The notes beneath the pieces are model-generated. The model was not told the origin of the DNA. It was given only the letters and a program-made list of their open reading frames with translations, and did not search any database. From assembly GCF_026626665.1 (NCBI RefSeq), contig NZ_JAPNKE010000002.1:1421204-1485203 (forward strand): a stretch of DNA of 64,000 bases. Reading direction: 5' to 3'. Position numbers and translations under genes: made by a program. How positions within the stretch are numbered: the stretch's first letter is position 1; the number at the start of each line of letters is the position of its first letter. The stretch is from Nannocystis pusilla. Lineage in GTDB: Bacteria > Myxococcota_A > Polyangia > Nannocystales > Nannocystaceae. This document shows, piece by piece, positions 8,862-18,340 of the stretch.

Positions 8862-10492
8862 GACGCGTAGGCCTTGTCGATCTCGGCGCGGTAGCGCTGC
8901 TCGACGGCGCGGCGGCGCAGCTTCTGGTTGGCGGTGAGGAGGCCGTTCTCGATCGTGAACGGCTCGGCCACGCGGATGAAGGCGCGGACCTTCTTGTAGT
9001 GCGGGACGCTGGCGTTGACGACCTCGAGCGCGGCGTCGATGGCGTCCTTGGGCACGTCGCCGGGGACGATGATGCCGAGGAACGGCCGCGCGTGGCCGAC
9101 CAGCATGCACTGCTCGGCCTTGGGGCAGGCGGCGAGGAACTTCTCCTCGATCGGCTCGGGGGCGATGTTGTGGCCCGACTCGGGGACGAGGATGTTCTTG
9201 ACGCGGCCGATGATGCGGACGTTGCCGGTGGCGTCGAGGTCGCCCTGGTCGCCGGTGTGGAACCAGCCGTCCCTTATCGCCTCGGCGGTGGCCTGCTCGC
9301 GGCCCCAGTAGCCGGCGAAGATGCCCGGGCCGCGCACCAGCAGCTCACCCTCGTCGGAGATCTTGATCTCGCAGCCCTGGATGGCGTGACCGACGTAGCC
9401 GGGGCGCACGCCGCCGGGGATGTCCATGGTGACGATCGCGGTGGTCTCGGTCAGGCCGTAGACCTGGTAGACCTGCACGCCGACCAGCTCGAACCACCAC
9501 TGCGTCTCCTCGGCCAGCGCCGCCGAGCCGCAGATCAGGAACTCGAGGCTGGGGCCGATCTGCTGCTTGATCTTGCTGAAGACCAGCTTCTTGGCGGCGG
9601 CCAGAGTGAGCCTGTCCAAGAGGCCAGCCTTGCCCTCGCGCTCGGCGCGGAAGGCCGCCTGGCCGCGGTCGTACAGGGCGAGGGCGAGGCCGCCGCGCTC
9701 GGCGATCTTCTTGCCGACGCCGTTCTTGATCCGCTCGAGCACCGCCGGCACGTTGAGGTAGTAGTGCGGATCGGCGGCGCCCATCTCGGCGACGAGGTTC
9801 TGCAGGTCGGTCGACAGCAGCAGCGGGTTGCCGCGGTACAGCTGCGTCCACAGCATGACGCGCGAGCCGGCGAAGCAGAACGGCAGGAAGTGGAACACCT
9901 TGTCGGCCCGCTTGCCGCCGGTGATGCGGTCGACGCTGCCGCGGGTCTGCGGCAGCATGTAGTCGACGTTGGCGCGGGTGAGGACGACGCCCTTGGGCTC
10001 GCCGCTGGTGCCGGAGGTGTAGATGATGGTGACCGGGTCGGTCGGCGCGACCGGTCGCGGCGGCTCGTGCACGGGCTCGCCGGCGAGGACGTCGAGCATG
10101 TCCTCGATCGGGCAGTGCTCGGGCCAGGCGTCGCGCAGGCCGGCGGCGAGCTCGGAGCCGTCGGCGATCACGAGCACCGGCGTGCAGTCCTTGACCATGA
10201 CCGCCAGCTCTTTGGGATCCTGGCGGCTGTAGAGCGGGACGACGATCGCGCCCTCGAACAGGATGGCGAGGTCGGCGGCGACCCAGCGGGCCGAGTTGGG
10301 CGCGAGCAGGGCGACGCGGTCGCCCGGCTTGACGCCGTGGCTGCGCAGAAAGCCGCGCGCGTGGGCCACGAGGTGCAGCAGTTGCGCGGCCGAGGTCGGC
10401 CGGCGGTCCTTGCCGTGCAGCTCGATGAGGAGCTGATCCTCGCGGGTCTTCTGGACCGCGGCGTGGATGACTTCGAGGAAGTTGTCGCTCAT
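8858..10492 (-). CDS. AMP-dependent synthetase/ligase (acyl-activating enzyme)
   Basis: IIYTSGTSGEPKG AMP-binding motif and GWFHTGDQG...GRVKNIL. ATG at 10492 (MSDNFLEVI). ATGA overlaps with both neighbours. Confidence 0.75.
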   Translation of the reverse strand: MSDNFLEVIHAAVQKTREDQLLIELHGKDRRPTSAAQLLHLVAHARGFLRSHGVKPGDRVALLAPNSARWVAADLAILFEGAIVVPLYSRQDPKELAVMVKDCTPVLVIADGSELAAGLRDAWPEHCPIEDMLDVLAGEPVHEPPRPVAPTDPVTIIYTSGTSGEPKGVVLTRANVDYMLPQTRGSVDRITGGKRADKVFHFLPFCFAGSRVMLWTQLYRGNPLLLSTDLQNLVAEMGAADPHYYLNVPAVLERIKNGVGKKIAERGGLALALYDRGQAAFRAEREGKAGLLDRLTLAAAKKLVFSKIKQQIGPSLEFLICGSAALAEETQWWFELVGVQVYQVYGLTETTAIVTMDIPGGVRPGYVGHAIQGCEIKISDEGELLVRGPGIFAGYWGREQATAEAIRDGWFHTGDQGDLDATGNVRIIGRVKNILVPESGHNIAPEPIEEKFLAACPKAEQCMLVGHARPFLGIIVPGDVPKDAIDAALEVVNASVPHYKKVRAFIRVAEPFTIENGLLTANQKLRRRAVEQRYRAEIDKAYAS

Positions 10493-11970
10493 GCGTGGCG
10501 CTCCAGCAGGCGCTGCACGCCCGGCGGCAGCGGCGGCAGGTGGGCTTCCCAGGTGCGCGGGAGGTCGCGCCGCGGGAACTCGGGGTAGACGCGGACGACC
10601 TCGTCCATGAAGTCGATGCCCATCTGACCCATGAGCTTCAGCTGGGCCGGGACGGCGCGGGCGATGTCGGCGCTGATGCCCTCGGCGTCGCGCCACAGGC
10701 GGCGCAGGGTGTGCAGCAGCTTGTCGCCGAGGCCCTCTTCGTCGACCTCGAAGAACATGTCCGGGTGGCCGCGGTCGTTCATGAGGTTGCGGATCCGCTC
10801 GTCCATGGTGACGCCGGCGGAGGGCACGAGGCCGGGCATCGAGGTGACGATCGCGTGGAAGCGCGAGCTCACCATCATGCTGCAGTTACGCAGCACGCTG
10901 ACGAGGTCGTACATGTCGTGCTCGTCGCTGACGAACAGCGCGCCGCCGCGGTCGAGCCGCGGCTGCAGGTCCTCGCAAGCGTGGCGGTCGAGCTGCTCCA
11001 TGCCGACGAGGATGGTGAAGAACTCGCGCTCCGCCGCGAAGGCGTTGACGCCGTCGGCCAGGGCCTGGATGTACGCGTTGTACTTCTTGTCGGCCGCTTC
11101 GCTGTGGTGGTGGAAGTAGAAGGCGCTGTAGTGCTCGTGCTTGTACTGCCCGCCGAGCTTGTAGGCGGCATACTTGAGCAGGTCGGGCTTGACCGGCCAC
11201 CAGAACGGGTTGATCGGGCAGACGACGAGGACCTTCTGGCGGCCGTCCCAGCCGGCGTCGCGCAGCAGCTGGGCACCCCTGGACAGCGGCGCGGGATCGA
11301 AGGTCCAGGCGGTGTCGGCCCCGCTGGTGGTGCGGATGCCGAGCTCGCCGAGGACCTTGCGCGAGGGCTCGTTGCGGCAGATGACCAGCGACTTCTTGCA
11401 GGCGTCGCGCACGAAGTCGCGGAGCGCCGGGGTCATGTTGCCGGCCTCGGCGCCGTAGCCGACGCTGACCTTGTTCTCGGCGTTGGCGAGGCCGAGCGCG
11501 CCGGCCATGAAGCAGGTCAGCGCGCTCGAGAACTTCGACTTGAACATCGAGCCCTCGCAGGCGATGACGCCGTGGTGCTTCGGGCACTCGGTGGCGATGA
11601 ACTTGGGGAACACCGCCGGCAGCTCGATCTGGTGGACGGCGCGGAAGTAGCCGCGCGTCAACTTGGGATCGACGGTCATGATCGTCAGCTCGAGCTGGTC
11701 GTCGCCGACGACGTGGCGCAGCTGGCGGATCATCTCCTCGACGCGGACGTCGGCGCCGGTGTTGCGCGTGCCGACGTAGCCGGCCAGCAGCAGCTTGAGC
11801 GGCTTGCCCGGCTTCCACGTCTCGGGCGCCATGCCGAGGACGTTGCGGACGGCGACGCCCTCGATGGCGGCGGCGACGGTGGCCTGGAGGGCGCGGTCGG
11901 GGTCGACGACGTCCTTGACCTTGTCCCAGATCTTGCTGGTGGTCTTCTTGACGGGTGCGCTCTTGGACAT
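10489..11970 (-). CDS. Polysaccharide pyruvyl transferase family (PF04230-like) protein
   Basis: LLAGYVGTRNTGADV N-terminal glycine/N.GD motif and SRFHAIVTSMPG motif. Family call from recalled motifs, moderate certainty. Confidence 0.45.
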   Translation of the reverse strand: MSKSAPVKKTTSKIWDKVKDVVDPDRALQATVAAAIEGVAVRNVLGMAPETWKPGKPLKLLLAGYVGTRNTGADVRVEEMIRQLRHVVGDDQLELTIMTVDPKLTRGYFRAVHQIELPAVFPKFIATECPKHHGVIACEGSMFKSKFSSALTCFMAGALGLANAENKVSVGYGAEAGNMTPALRDFVRDACKKSLVICRNEPSRKVLGELGIRTTSGADTAWTFDPAPLSRGAQLLRDAGWDGRQKVLVVCPINPFWWPVKPDLLKYAAYKLGGQYKHEHYSAFYFHHHSEAADKKYNAYIQALADGVNAFAAEREFFTILVGMEQLDRHACEDLQPRLDRGGALFVSDEHDMYDLVSVLRNCSMMVSSRFHAIVTSMPGLVPSAGVTMDERIRNLMNDRGHPDMFFEVDEEGLGDKLLHTLRRLWRDAEGISADIARAVPAQLKLMGQMGIDFMDEVVRVYPEFPRRDLPRTWEAHLPPLPPGVQRLLERHA

Positions 11971-11980
11971 GTTCGAAGGG

Positions 11981-13124
<1,144 letters not shown>

Positions 13125-13128
13125 GGTG

Positions 13129-14814
13129 TCAGACGACCTCGGCGTGGGGCGCGGGCGCGGCCTCGGGCGAGCGCAAGCGGAAGGGGTGGCGCGGGGCGTA
13201 GCTCTCGGGGGTCTTGTTCTCGAACAGCGGGAAGCACCACTTGCGAAGCCCGGGGATGTGGACGTCGATCCAGTAGTGGCGCCAGTCGATGCTGCGCGGG
13301 TCGCAGTCCCACTCGGGCTCGACGACGGGGTGCCGCAGCAGGTTGCGGGTGACGAACGCGAAGTAGTTGTCGTGGATGAACGGCAGGTAGAGCTCGCACA
13401 TGCGCTCGATCTTGTCGATCGCCTCGAGCGCGTCCTCGGTGTGCTCGACGAGGTCGCCGAGCCGGCGGCGGATGAACTCCGGCCAGCCCTTCGGTGGGTC
13501 GCGCAGCCACTCGTCGACCGACTCGGTCATCTTGCGCACGTTCTCGATCCGCATCGGGTGGTCGGGCGTGACGGCGATCGCGTCCCAGCGCGACTTGACG
13601 ACGCGGTCGAGGGTGGTGTCGCCGCGGGTGCGCAGGTGCTTGCGGTGGGCCAGCGCGACCAGCTCGACGGCGCGGTCGATGGTGAGGAGGTTGAGGTCCG
13701 AGCTGCCGCACTGGTAGACCGGCGCGTGCGCGCCCCGCATCAGCGCGGCGCCGGCGACGGTCATGCCGCGGCAGACGTAGTCGACCGGGATGATGTCGAA
13801 CGGGTTGCCCCGCTTGCACGGCAGGTGGCGGAACCAGCTGCCGAGCGCGTAGCTCAGCGGGCCGCAGGTGTTGAAGCCCTGGTTCCACCCGGGGAACGGG
13901 TAGCTCATGGCGCTCTCGACGATCGCGGGGCGGAACATGCTCCACCGGCCGGGATCGAGGCGGCGGGCGATCCACGCCTCGGCCATGTTCTTGGTGTACG
14001 TGTAGATGTTGGTGAAGCCCCAGCGGCCGGCGCGGCGCTGGCCCTCGGCGACCATCGCGTCCTTCAAGAGGTTGCGCTTGATCCGGCGGGCGGTGTTGCG
14101 CACCAGCATCGCGTTGGTCTCGTCGCCGCCCTTGTCGCGGATCTGCTTGACCGCGTCGTCGTGGGCGCGCCTGTCCATCTCCGGCGACTCGTGCTCGGCG
14201 AGGATGGCGTCGATGCTGGCCTGGACCTCGGCGCACTCGACCTCGACGTCGAACGGATCGCCGGCGGGCGAGAGGTCGGGGCGGATGTCCTCGGGGATGA
14301 GGCCGTTCTTCTTGCCGGTGACGTAGCAGGTCGAGATGTGCAGCAGCACCGCCTTGTCGCAGGCGGCGACGAAGTTGGCGGCGTTGCGGGCGCCCTCGAC
14401 GTTGGTCGTCATGGCGTCGCGCAGGTCGGGGTCGAAGTCGACGAGGCCGGCGCAGTTGATCACGAGGTCGATGTCGCGGCGCAGGCGGGCCAGCACCGCC
14501 GGGTCCTCGACGCCCATGTCGGGCAGCGAGACGTCGCCGGAGACGACCTCGATCCGCTCGCTGATGAAGCGGCTCATCTCGGCGCCGTACTTCTCGTGCA
14601 GCGGGCGGAAGCACGGCGAGGTCTGGACCTGGCGCTCGAACCGGTCGGCGGCGGGGCGCAGCGCCTTCTTGCGGGTGAGCACGTAGATCTTGCCGACGTC
14701 CGGGACGTGCTGCAGGACCATCGCCAGCCAGACCTTGCCGAGGAAGCCGGTGACCCCGGTGAGCAGGACGTGGCGGCCGGCGTAGCTGTGCTTGATCGAG
14801 ATCGGCGTGTTCAC
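13129..14814 (-). CDS. Fatty acyl-CoA reductase (FAR / male-sterility-type, alcohol-forming)
   Basis: HVLLTGVTGFLGKV Rossmann motif with a YTYTK active-site context; 561 aa, two-domain FAR-like architecture. Confidence 0.7.
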   Translation of the reverse strand: MNTPISIKHSYAGRHVLLTGVTGFLGKVWLAMVLQHVPDVGKIYVLTRKKALRPAADRFERQVQTSPCFRPLHEKYGAEMSRFISERIEVVSGDVSLPDMGVEDPAVLARLRRDIDLVINCAGLVDFDPDLRDAMTTNVEGARNAANFVAACDKAVLLHISTCYVTGKKNGLIPEDIRPDLSPAGDPFDVEVECAEVQASIDAILAEHESPEMDRRAHDDAVKQIRDKGGDETNAMLVRNTARRIKRNLLKDAMVAEGQRRAGRWGFTNIYTYTKNMAEAWIARRLDPGRWSMFRPAIVESAMSYPFPGWNQGFNTCGPLSYALGSWFRHLPCKRGNPFDIIPVDYVCRGMTVAGAALMRGAHAPVYQCGSSDLNLLTIDRAVELVALAHRKHLRTRGDTTLDRVVKSRWDAIAVTPDHPMRIENVRKMTESVDEWLRDPPKGWPEFIRRRLGDLVEHTEDALEAIDKIERMCELYLPFIHDNYFAFVTRNLLRHPVVEPEWDCDPRSIDWRHYWIDVHIPGLRKWCFPLFENKTPESYAPRHPFRLRSPEAAPAPHAEVV

Positions 14815-14856
14815 GGGTGTCCTCCGGTTCCTGTCCCCAAGGTCAGTCGCGTAGTC

Positions 14857-15534
14857 TCAGTCGCGGTAGTCGATGATCGGCCAGTCGGCGTCCTTGGCGC
14901 TGCGGCGCAGGACGAAGTCGGGGTTGACGGCGCACGGCTTGCCGACGCGGGAGAGCAGCAGCATGTCCGGGCCGTGGGCGCCGTAGGCGGCGCAGCGCGC
15001 GAGCTGGAGGTCGTGCGCGGCGGCGTAGTCGTCGAGCCAGCGGCCGCCGACGTTCGAGCCGATGACCGGGTCGAGCAGCTTGCCGGTGGCCTCGCCGTCC
15101 TCGAACTCGATCTTGTTGTAGACGAGCTCGTCGTAGTGCTTGAGGTGACGCGCGAGCGGCTTCATGATCGGCTCGATGCTGTCCGACAGCAGCACGACCC
15201 GCCGGCCCTCGGCCTGCAGGCGCTTGAGCAGCTCGAGGCCCTGATCGAGGATCGTGTCCTTCAGGACATCCTCGGCGTACTCCTCGCAGAGGACCTCGAC
15301 GCGGTCCTGGCTCATGCCGCGGATGGCGAGGTGGGCGAGGCGGTGGGCCAGCGCGCGGTCGGTCTGACCGAGCAGGCGGTGGACCGGGGCGGCGAGGCCG
15401 ACCAGGCCGAGGCGGACGGCCCGCTCACCGAACTTCTTGGCGTTGCCGGCCAGATAGGCCGCCGCGCTGAGCACGCCGCGGGCGAGCAGGATGCCTTCGA
15501 CGCGGACGAATGCTGCCGTGTTGGTTTGTGTCAT
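14857..15534 (-). CDS. HAD-IB-like hydrolase fold protein with degenerate motif I
   Basis: ATG at 15534 (MTQTNTAAFVRVEGILL). HAD-like motifs II-IV are present (LLSDS..., K..., GD..D). Motif I reads FVRVEGIL instead of FDxDGTL. Confidence 0.5.
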   Translation of the reverse strand: MTQTNTAAFVRVEGILLARGVLSAAAYLAGNAKKFGERAVRLGLVGLAAPVHRLLGQTDRALAHRLAHLAIRGMSQDRVEVLCEEYAEDVLKDTILDQGLELLKRLQAEGRRVVLLSDSIEPIMKPLARHLKHYDELVYNKIEFEDGEATGKLLDPVIGSNVGGRWLDDYAAAHDLQLARCAAYGAHGPDMLLLSRVGKPCAVNPDFVLRRSAKDADWPIIDYRD

Positions 15535-15726
15535 CGACCAGGCTCGCGGCCTAGTTAGCGCACCCGAGGCCGGCGTTACAAGCATTCGCGTGGCGTCTCG
15601 AATGCCTGCGAAGGCCGCTGCGCACGCCGTTTTACGCGTGCAGGGGGCTTCGCAGGACGGGGCGCAGAGGGGGCCTGGCGCCGCTCCGCGGGGCTTTGGT
15701 GCGATGCGTAGCGAGCGGACGAGATG

Positions 15727-15742
15727 TTTACTCGCGCGAGTA
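15727..15742. promoter_or_regulatory. Perfect 16-bp palindrome TTACTCGCGCGAGTAA in a divergent promoter region (candidate operator)
   Basis: Located mid-way in the 316-bp gap between the lipid operon start (15534, minus) and the mqnB start (15851, plus). Read directly. Confidence 0.3.
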
Positions 15743-15850
15743 AGTAGTTGGCGCGGACGATTGGTCGTGCGTTTAAGAAATTGCTCCCGCGTGAGACCGG
15801 TCGGGGCGTCACCGGTGGGACGCGCGGCGAGGTGCGCTATCGTTGCGGAC

Positions 15851-16480
15851 GTGACCGCGCCGCTGCTCGTCTGCGCCGCCGATGTCGAGGGCCGCGGGCT
15901 GCCCTCGGCGCTGCGCCTCGGCGTCGGCAAGGTGGCGTCGGCGGTGAGCATGACGCAGGCGCTGATCGAGCGCCGGCCGGCGTGGGTGCTGCTGTTCGGG
16001 GTCTGCGGCGCCTATCCCGAAGGACATGGCCCGGGAGGCAGGCTCGACGTCGGCGACGTGTGCCTGGTCGGCGAGGACTGGCTGGGCGACGAGGGGGTGG
16101 CGGTCGACGACGGCTTCCTGCCGCTGGCGCAGCTGGGGCTCGGGTCGGTCGGGCCGTTCGAAGCCGACGCGGGGCGCACCGCCGCGGCGGCGCGGGTGCT
16201 CGCGGTGCCGGTGGTGCGCGGGGCGACGGTCAGCACCTGCAGCGGGACGGACGCGCGCTCGCGTGCGCTGGCCAGCGGCACGGGGGCCACGGTGGAGACG
16301 ATGGAGGGGGCAGCGGTGGCGTGGGCCTGTCGGGCGCTCGGGGTGCCGTGGGTGCAGCTGCGCTGCGTGAGCAATCGAACCGGCCGACGCGCCGCGGGCG
16401 GGTGGGACCTGCCGCGCGCGGTGGCCGGGGTGCAGGCGGCGCTGCTGCGACTGCAGGCCGCGGACTGGGGGAACGAATGA
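15851..16480 (+). CDS. mqnB: Futalosine hydrolase (MTA/SAH nucleosidase-like, MqnB)
   Basis: GTG at 15851 (VTAPLLVCAADVEG...). PNP/MTAN fold motifs (SGTGATVETMEGAAVAWAC). Its stop overlaps the mqnD ATG (ATGA). Confidence 0.6.
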   Translation: MTAPLLVCAADVEGRGLPSALRLGVGKVASAVSMTQALIERRPAWVLLFGVCGAYPEGHGPGGRLDVGDVCLVGEDWLGDEGVAVDDGFLPLAQLGLGSVGPFEADAGRTAAAARVLAVPVVRGATVSTCSGTDARSRALASGTGATVETMEGAAVAWACRALGVPWVQLRCVSNRTGRRAAGGWDLPRAVAGVQAALLRLQAADWGNE

Positions 16481-17295
16481 GCGAGCCGCTGCCGATCGGG
16501 TTCTCGCCGTGTCCGAACGACACGTGGATGTTCGACGCGCTGGTGCGCGTGCCGGAGTTCGTGCCGGGGCTGCGGCCGCTGCCGTGGCTGGCCGACATCG
16601 AGGCGCTCAACGAGCGCGCGCTGGCCGGCGAGGCGCCGCTGCCGGTGACGAAGCTGAGCGCGCACGGGCTTTACTGGGTCGAGCGCGATTACCTGGTCTT
16701 GCGGACAGGTGCGGCGCTGGGCCGCGGCTGCGGGCCCTTGGTGGTCGCGCGCGAGGCGACGGAGCTCGCGGCGCTGGCGGGGCGGAAGATCGCCATCCCC
16801 GGCGCGTACACGACGGCGCACCTGCTGCTCCGCTGCTTCGCGCCGGCCTCGGTGACGGTGGTGCCGATGCGCTTCGATCGCATCATGCCGGCGGTGGCCG
16901 CGGGCGAGGTCGACGCGGGGCTGGTGATCCACGAGGCGCGGTTCGTGTTCCGCGACCACGGGCTCGAGCAGGTGGCGGACCTCGGCGAGGTGTGGGAGGC
17001 GGCGACGGGGCTGCCGCTGCCGCTCGGGGTGATCGCGGCCCACCGCTCGCTGCCCGCGGGGCAGGTGCGGGCGGTGGAGGAGGGGATCGCGCGGTCGATC
17101 GCGGCGGCGGAGGTCGACCCGGCGGCGGCGTGGCCGTTCGTGAAGGCGCACTCGCAGGAGCTGAGCGACGAGGTGTGCCGGCAGCACATCGCGCTGTACG
17201 TCAACGAGTTCTCGCGCGAGATGGGCGCGGAGGGGGCGGCGGCGCTGGCCGAGCTGCGGGCGCGCGGGCAGGCGGCGGGGCTGTTGCCGCGCTGA
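16477..17295 (+). CDS. mqnD: 1,4-dihydroxy-6-naphthoate synthase (MqnD)
   Basis: MSEPLPIGFSPCPNDTWMFDAL is the typical MqnD N-terminus; periplasmic-binding-protein-like fold. Confidence 0.65.
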   Translation: MSEPLPIGFSPCPNDTWMFDALVRVPEFVPGLRPLPWLADIEALNERALAGEAPLPVTKLSAHGLYWVERDYLVLRTGAALGRGCGPLVVAREATELAALAGRKIAIPGAYTTAHLLLRCFAPASVTVVPMRFDRIMPAVAAGEVDAGLVIHEARFVFRDHGLEQVADLGEVWEAATGLPLPLGVIAAHRSLPAGQVRAVEEGIARSIAAAEVDPAAAWPFVKAHSQELSDEVCRQHIALYVNEFSREMGAEGAAALAELRARGQAAGLLPR

Positions 17296-17358
17296 GCGGG
17301 CGAGGGCGACGCTCCCCGCGTGCCCCGAGCGGACGCGCGGCCCGGCGGTCGATGGCCG

Positions 17359-17435
17359 CGAGGACATGTCCGTGAGGATATGCTCGGAGGACATGCACTC
17401 GAGAGCCTGTTCATGAGGACATGCTCTCGAGTGCC
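17359..17435. repeat. Cluster of four GAGGACATGYNC units (GGACATGTCC-core family)
   Basis: Intergenic, between mqnD and the convergent ABC ATPase gene. Confidence 0.6.
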
Positions 17436-17459
17436 TGTAGCGATGGCGACGGGCGGACG

Positions 17460-18242
17460 TCAGCCCACGGGCAGGGCCTCGAAGAACAGGCGGCCGTCTC
17501 GCTCGTGGGCGACCACGCCGAAGGCCGCGCCGAGGTGCTGCGGGCTGAAGACGTCGGGGCAGGCGCCGACGCGGGCGCGGCCGGCGGCGAGCAGGACCGC
17601 GTCGTCGGCGTGGCGGCGGGCGAGGTCGAGGTCGTGCTCGGCGACGAGGACCGCCACGCCCTCGCGCGCGAGGGCCCGCAGGTGGCGGTAGAGGCCGAGG
17701 GCGTGGCCGATGTCGAGGCCGGCGGCCGGCTCGTCGAGGATGACGACGGCGGCCTCGGCCGCGAGCATGCGCGCGAGCATGACGCGCTGGCGCTCGCCGC
17801 CGCTGAGCCGGCCGATCGGGCGCTCGGCGAAGGCGGCGAGGCCGAGGCGGGCGAGGGCGGCTTCGGCGGCGTCGGCGTCGGCGGCGCGCGGCGGACCGAA
17901 GCGCGGGAGGTTGGGCAGCCGGCCGAGGAGGACGACCTCCCGCACGTGGAGGTCGGGCTCGACGGGGCAGTGCTGCGGCAAATAGGCCAGCCGGCGGGCG
18001 CGCGCGGCCGGCGAGAGGGCGGCGAGGCGGTCGCCGAGCAGCTCGACGTGGCCGGCCTGCGGACGGTCGAGCCCGGCGAGGGTGCGCAGGAGGGTCGACT
18101 TGCCGGCGCCGTTGGGGCCGGCGACGACGCAGATCCGGCCGCGCCGGAGGTCGAGGTCGAGGGCCTCGTAGAGGACCCGCTCGGCGAGCCGGCAGGTCAG
18201 GCCGCGAGCGGCGAGGGCGGGCGCCTCGGTCATGTCCGGCAT
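17460..18242 (-). CDS. ABC transporter ATP-binding protein (FecE/HmuV/BtuD-like), no adjacent permease
   Basis: Walker A GPNGAGKST, signature LSGGERQR, Walker B ILDEP. Confidence 0.75.
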   Translation of the reverse strand: MPDMTEAPALAARGLTCRLAERVLYEALDLDLRRGRICVVAGPNGAGKSTLLRTLAGLDRPQAGHVELLGDRLAALSPAARARRLAYLPQHCPVEPDLHVREVVLLGRLPNLPRFGPPRAADADAAEAALARLGLAAFAERPIGRLSGGERQRVMLARMLAAEAAVVILDEPAAGLDIGHALGLYRHLRALAREGVAVLVAEHDLDLARRHADDAVLLAAGRARVGACPDVFSPQHLGAAFGVVAHERDGRLFFEALPVG

Positions 18243-18340
18243 TAATAGGAGAGAGGCGGGGGCCCCGCAAGCCCGCGGGCAAGAGGTGGCGCACGCGCAG
18301 GCGCGGGCGCGCGGGCGCCGGATCGACTAGTGTTCGCCGC

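Noticed and set aside
17296-17459. Small ORFs translating the repeat clusters (peptides containing DMSW, RTCP, GHV)
   Set aside because: They arise only because the repeat core contains ATG. The same peptides recur wherever the repeat occurs, so they reflect nucleotide repeats, not genes.
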